Origin: Phallusia mammillata
Lineage: Eukaryota
Direction: 5' to 3'
DNA length: 64,000 nt
Assembly (NCBI GenBank): GCA_965637545.1
Contig: OZ281500.1
Location: 12,276,001 to 12,340,000 of the forward strand
Under the pieces are notes generated by a model. It searched no databases. It was not told the origin of the DNA and saw only the letters and a list, made by a program, of their open reading frames with translations. Position numbers and translations under genes: made by a program. Below are positions 63,581 through 64,000 of this stretch, piece by piece. Position 1 is the first letter of the stretch; each line of letters starts with the position of its first letter.

Positions 63581-64000
63581 CAATGTGTTCGGTTATGCGG
63601 AACATACTTTTATTTCCTATGCGCCCACCGTCTGTTTAAGTTCACCAATTGTTGCTGTAAAAATTCATTTTGAAGTGTGTTTTATTGTCAGTAATCTTTT
63701 GTTCCACTTAACTGTGATGTATGTGTCAGTTAAAATGTAACTGCTTCTGGTTCTGTCTAAATCTCAACAAGATTTACAAAAAACATGAGAGTTTTACAAG
63801 GTTGCCAGCTTAGGCTAAACTGCTTAAAAATAATAAAAACAAAACTCGCGAAAAAAATTTAAAATCGGTGAGCATTTTATTATAATCAGTTACATTTGGT
63901 AAATACATGTCGTTAATAAACAGTTCAAACATATTTCAGTTGCTGTAAATCTATTGCAGCAAACTTTTCTTTCTCATGACAGCCTGTTGCACAACTATTT

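Overview
AT-rich, intron-dense animal genomic DNA, most likely an ascidian or other invertebrate chordate (inferred from gene style and an LDLa-7TM receptor; not proven). In order: the 3' end of an S1 serine protease (+); a full-length BEL/Pao LTR retrotransposon (-, 1139-10663) with an intact 1961-aa gag-pol ORF whose 5' LTR is broken by a ~1.77-kb foldback-type insertion; a SHANK gene (+) whose 30 coding exons I chained by eye with consistent splice phases (SPN/FERM-N, ankyrin, SH3, PDZ, Pro-rich, SAM); a convergent 9-exon LDL-receptor-class-A-repeat 7TM receptor (-) with no LRRs; SEPSECS (+, 10 exons); and a 6-exon atypical Ras-family GTPase (+). Introns and intergenic DNA hold several hAT-type MITEs with 8-bp TSDs. 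Best leads: (1) two ~190-bp TSD-flanked hairpin elements with minimal hammerhead-ribozyme motifs (Penelope-like), one just upstream of a SHANK splice acceptor; (2) the heavily insert-decorated, CAAX-less Ras-like protein with a Cys6 run; (3) candidate internal SHANK first exons; (4) the LDLa-only GPCR with a proteoglycan-like N-terminus; (5) a palindrome array where the retrotransposon's tRNA primer-binding site should be. All exon models are manual and unverified by transcripts or database searches.
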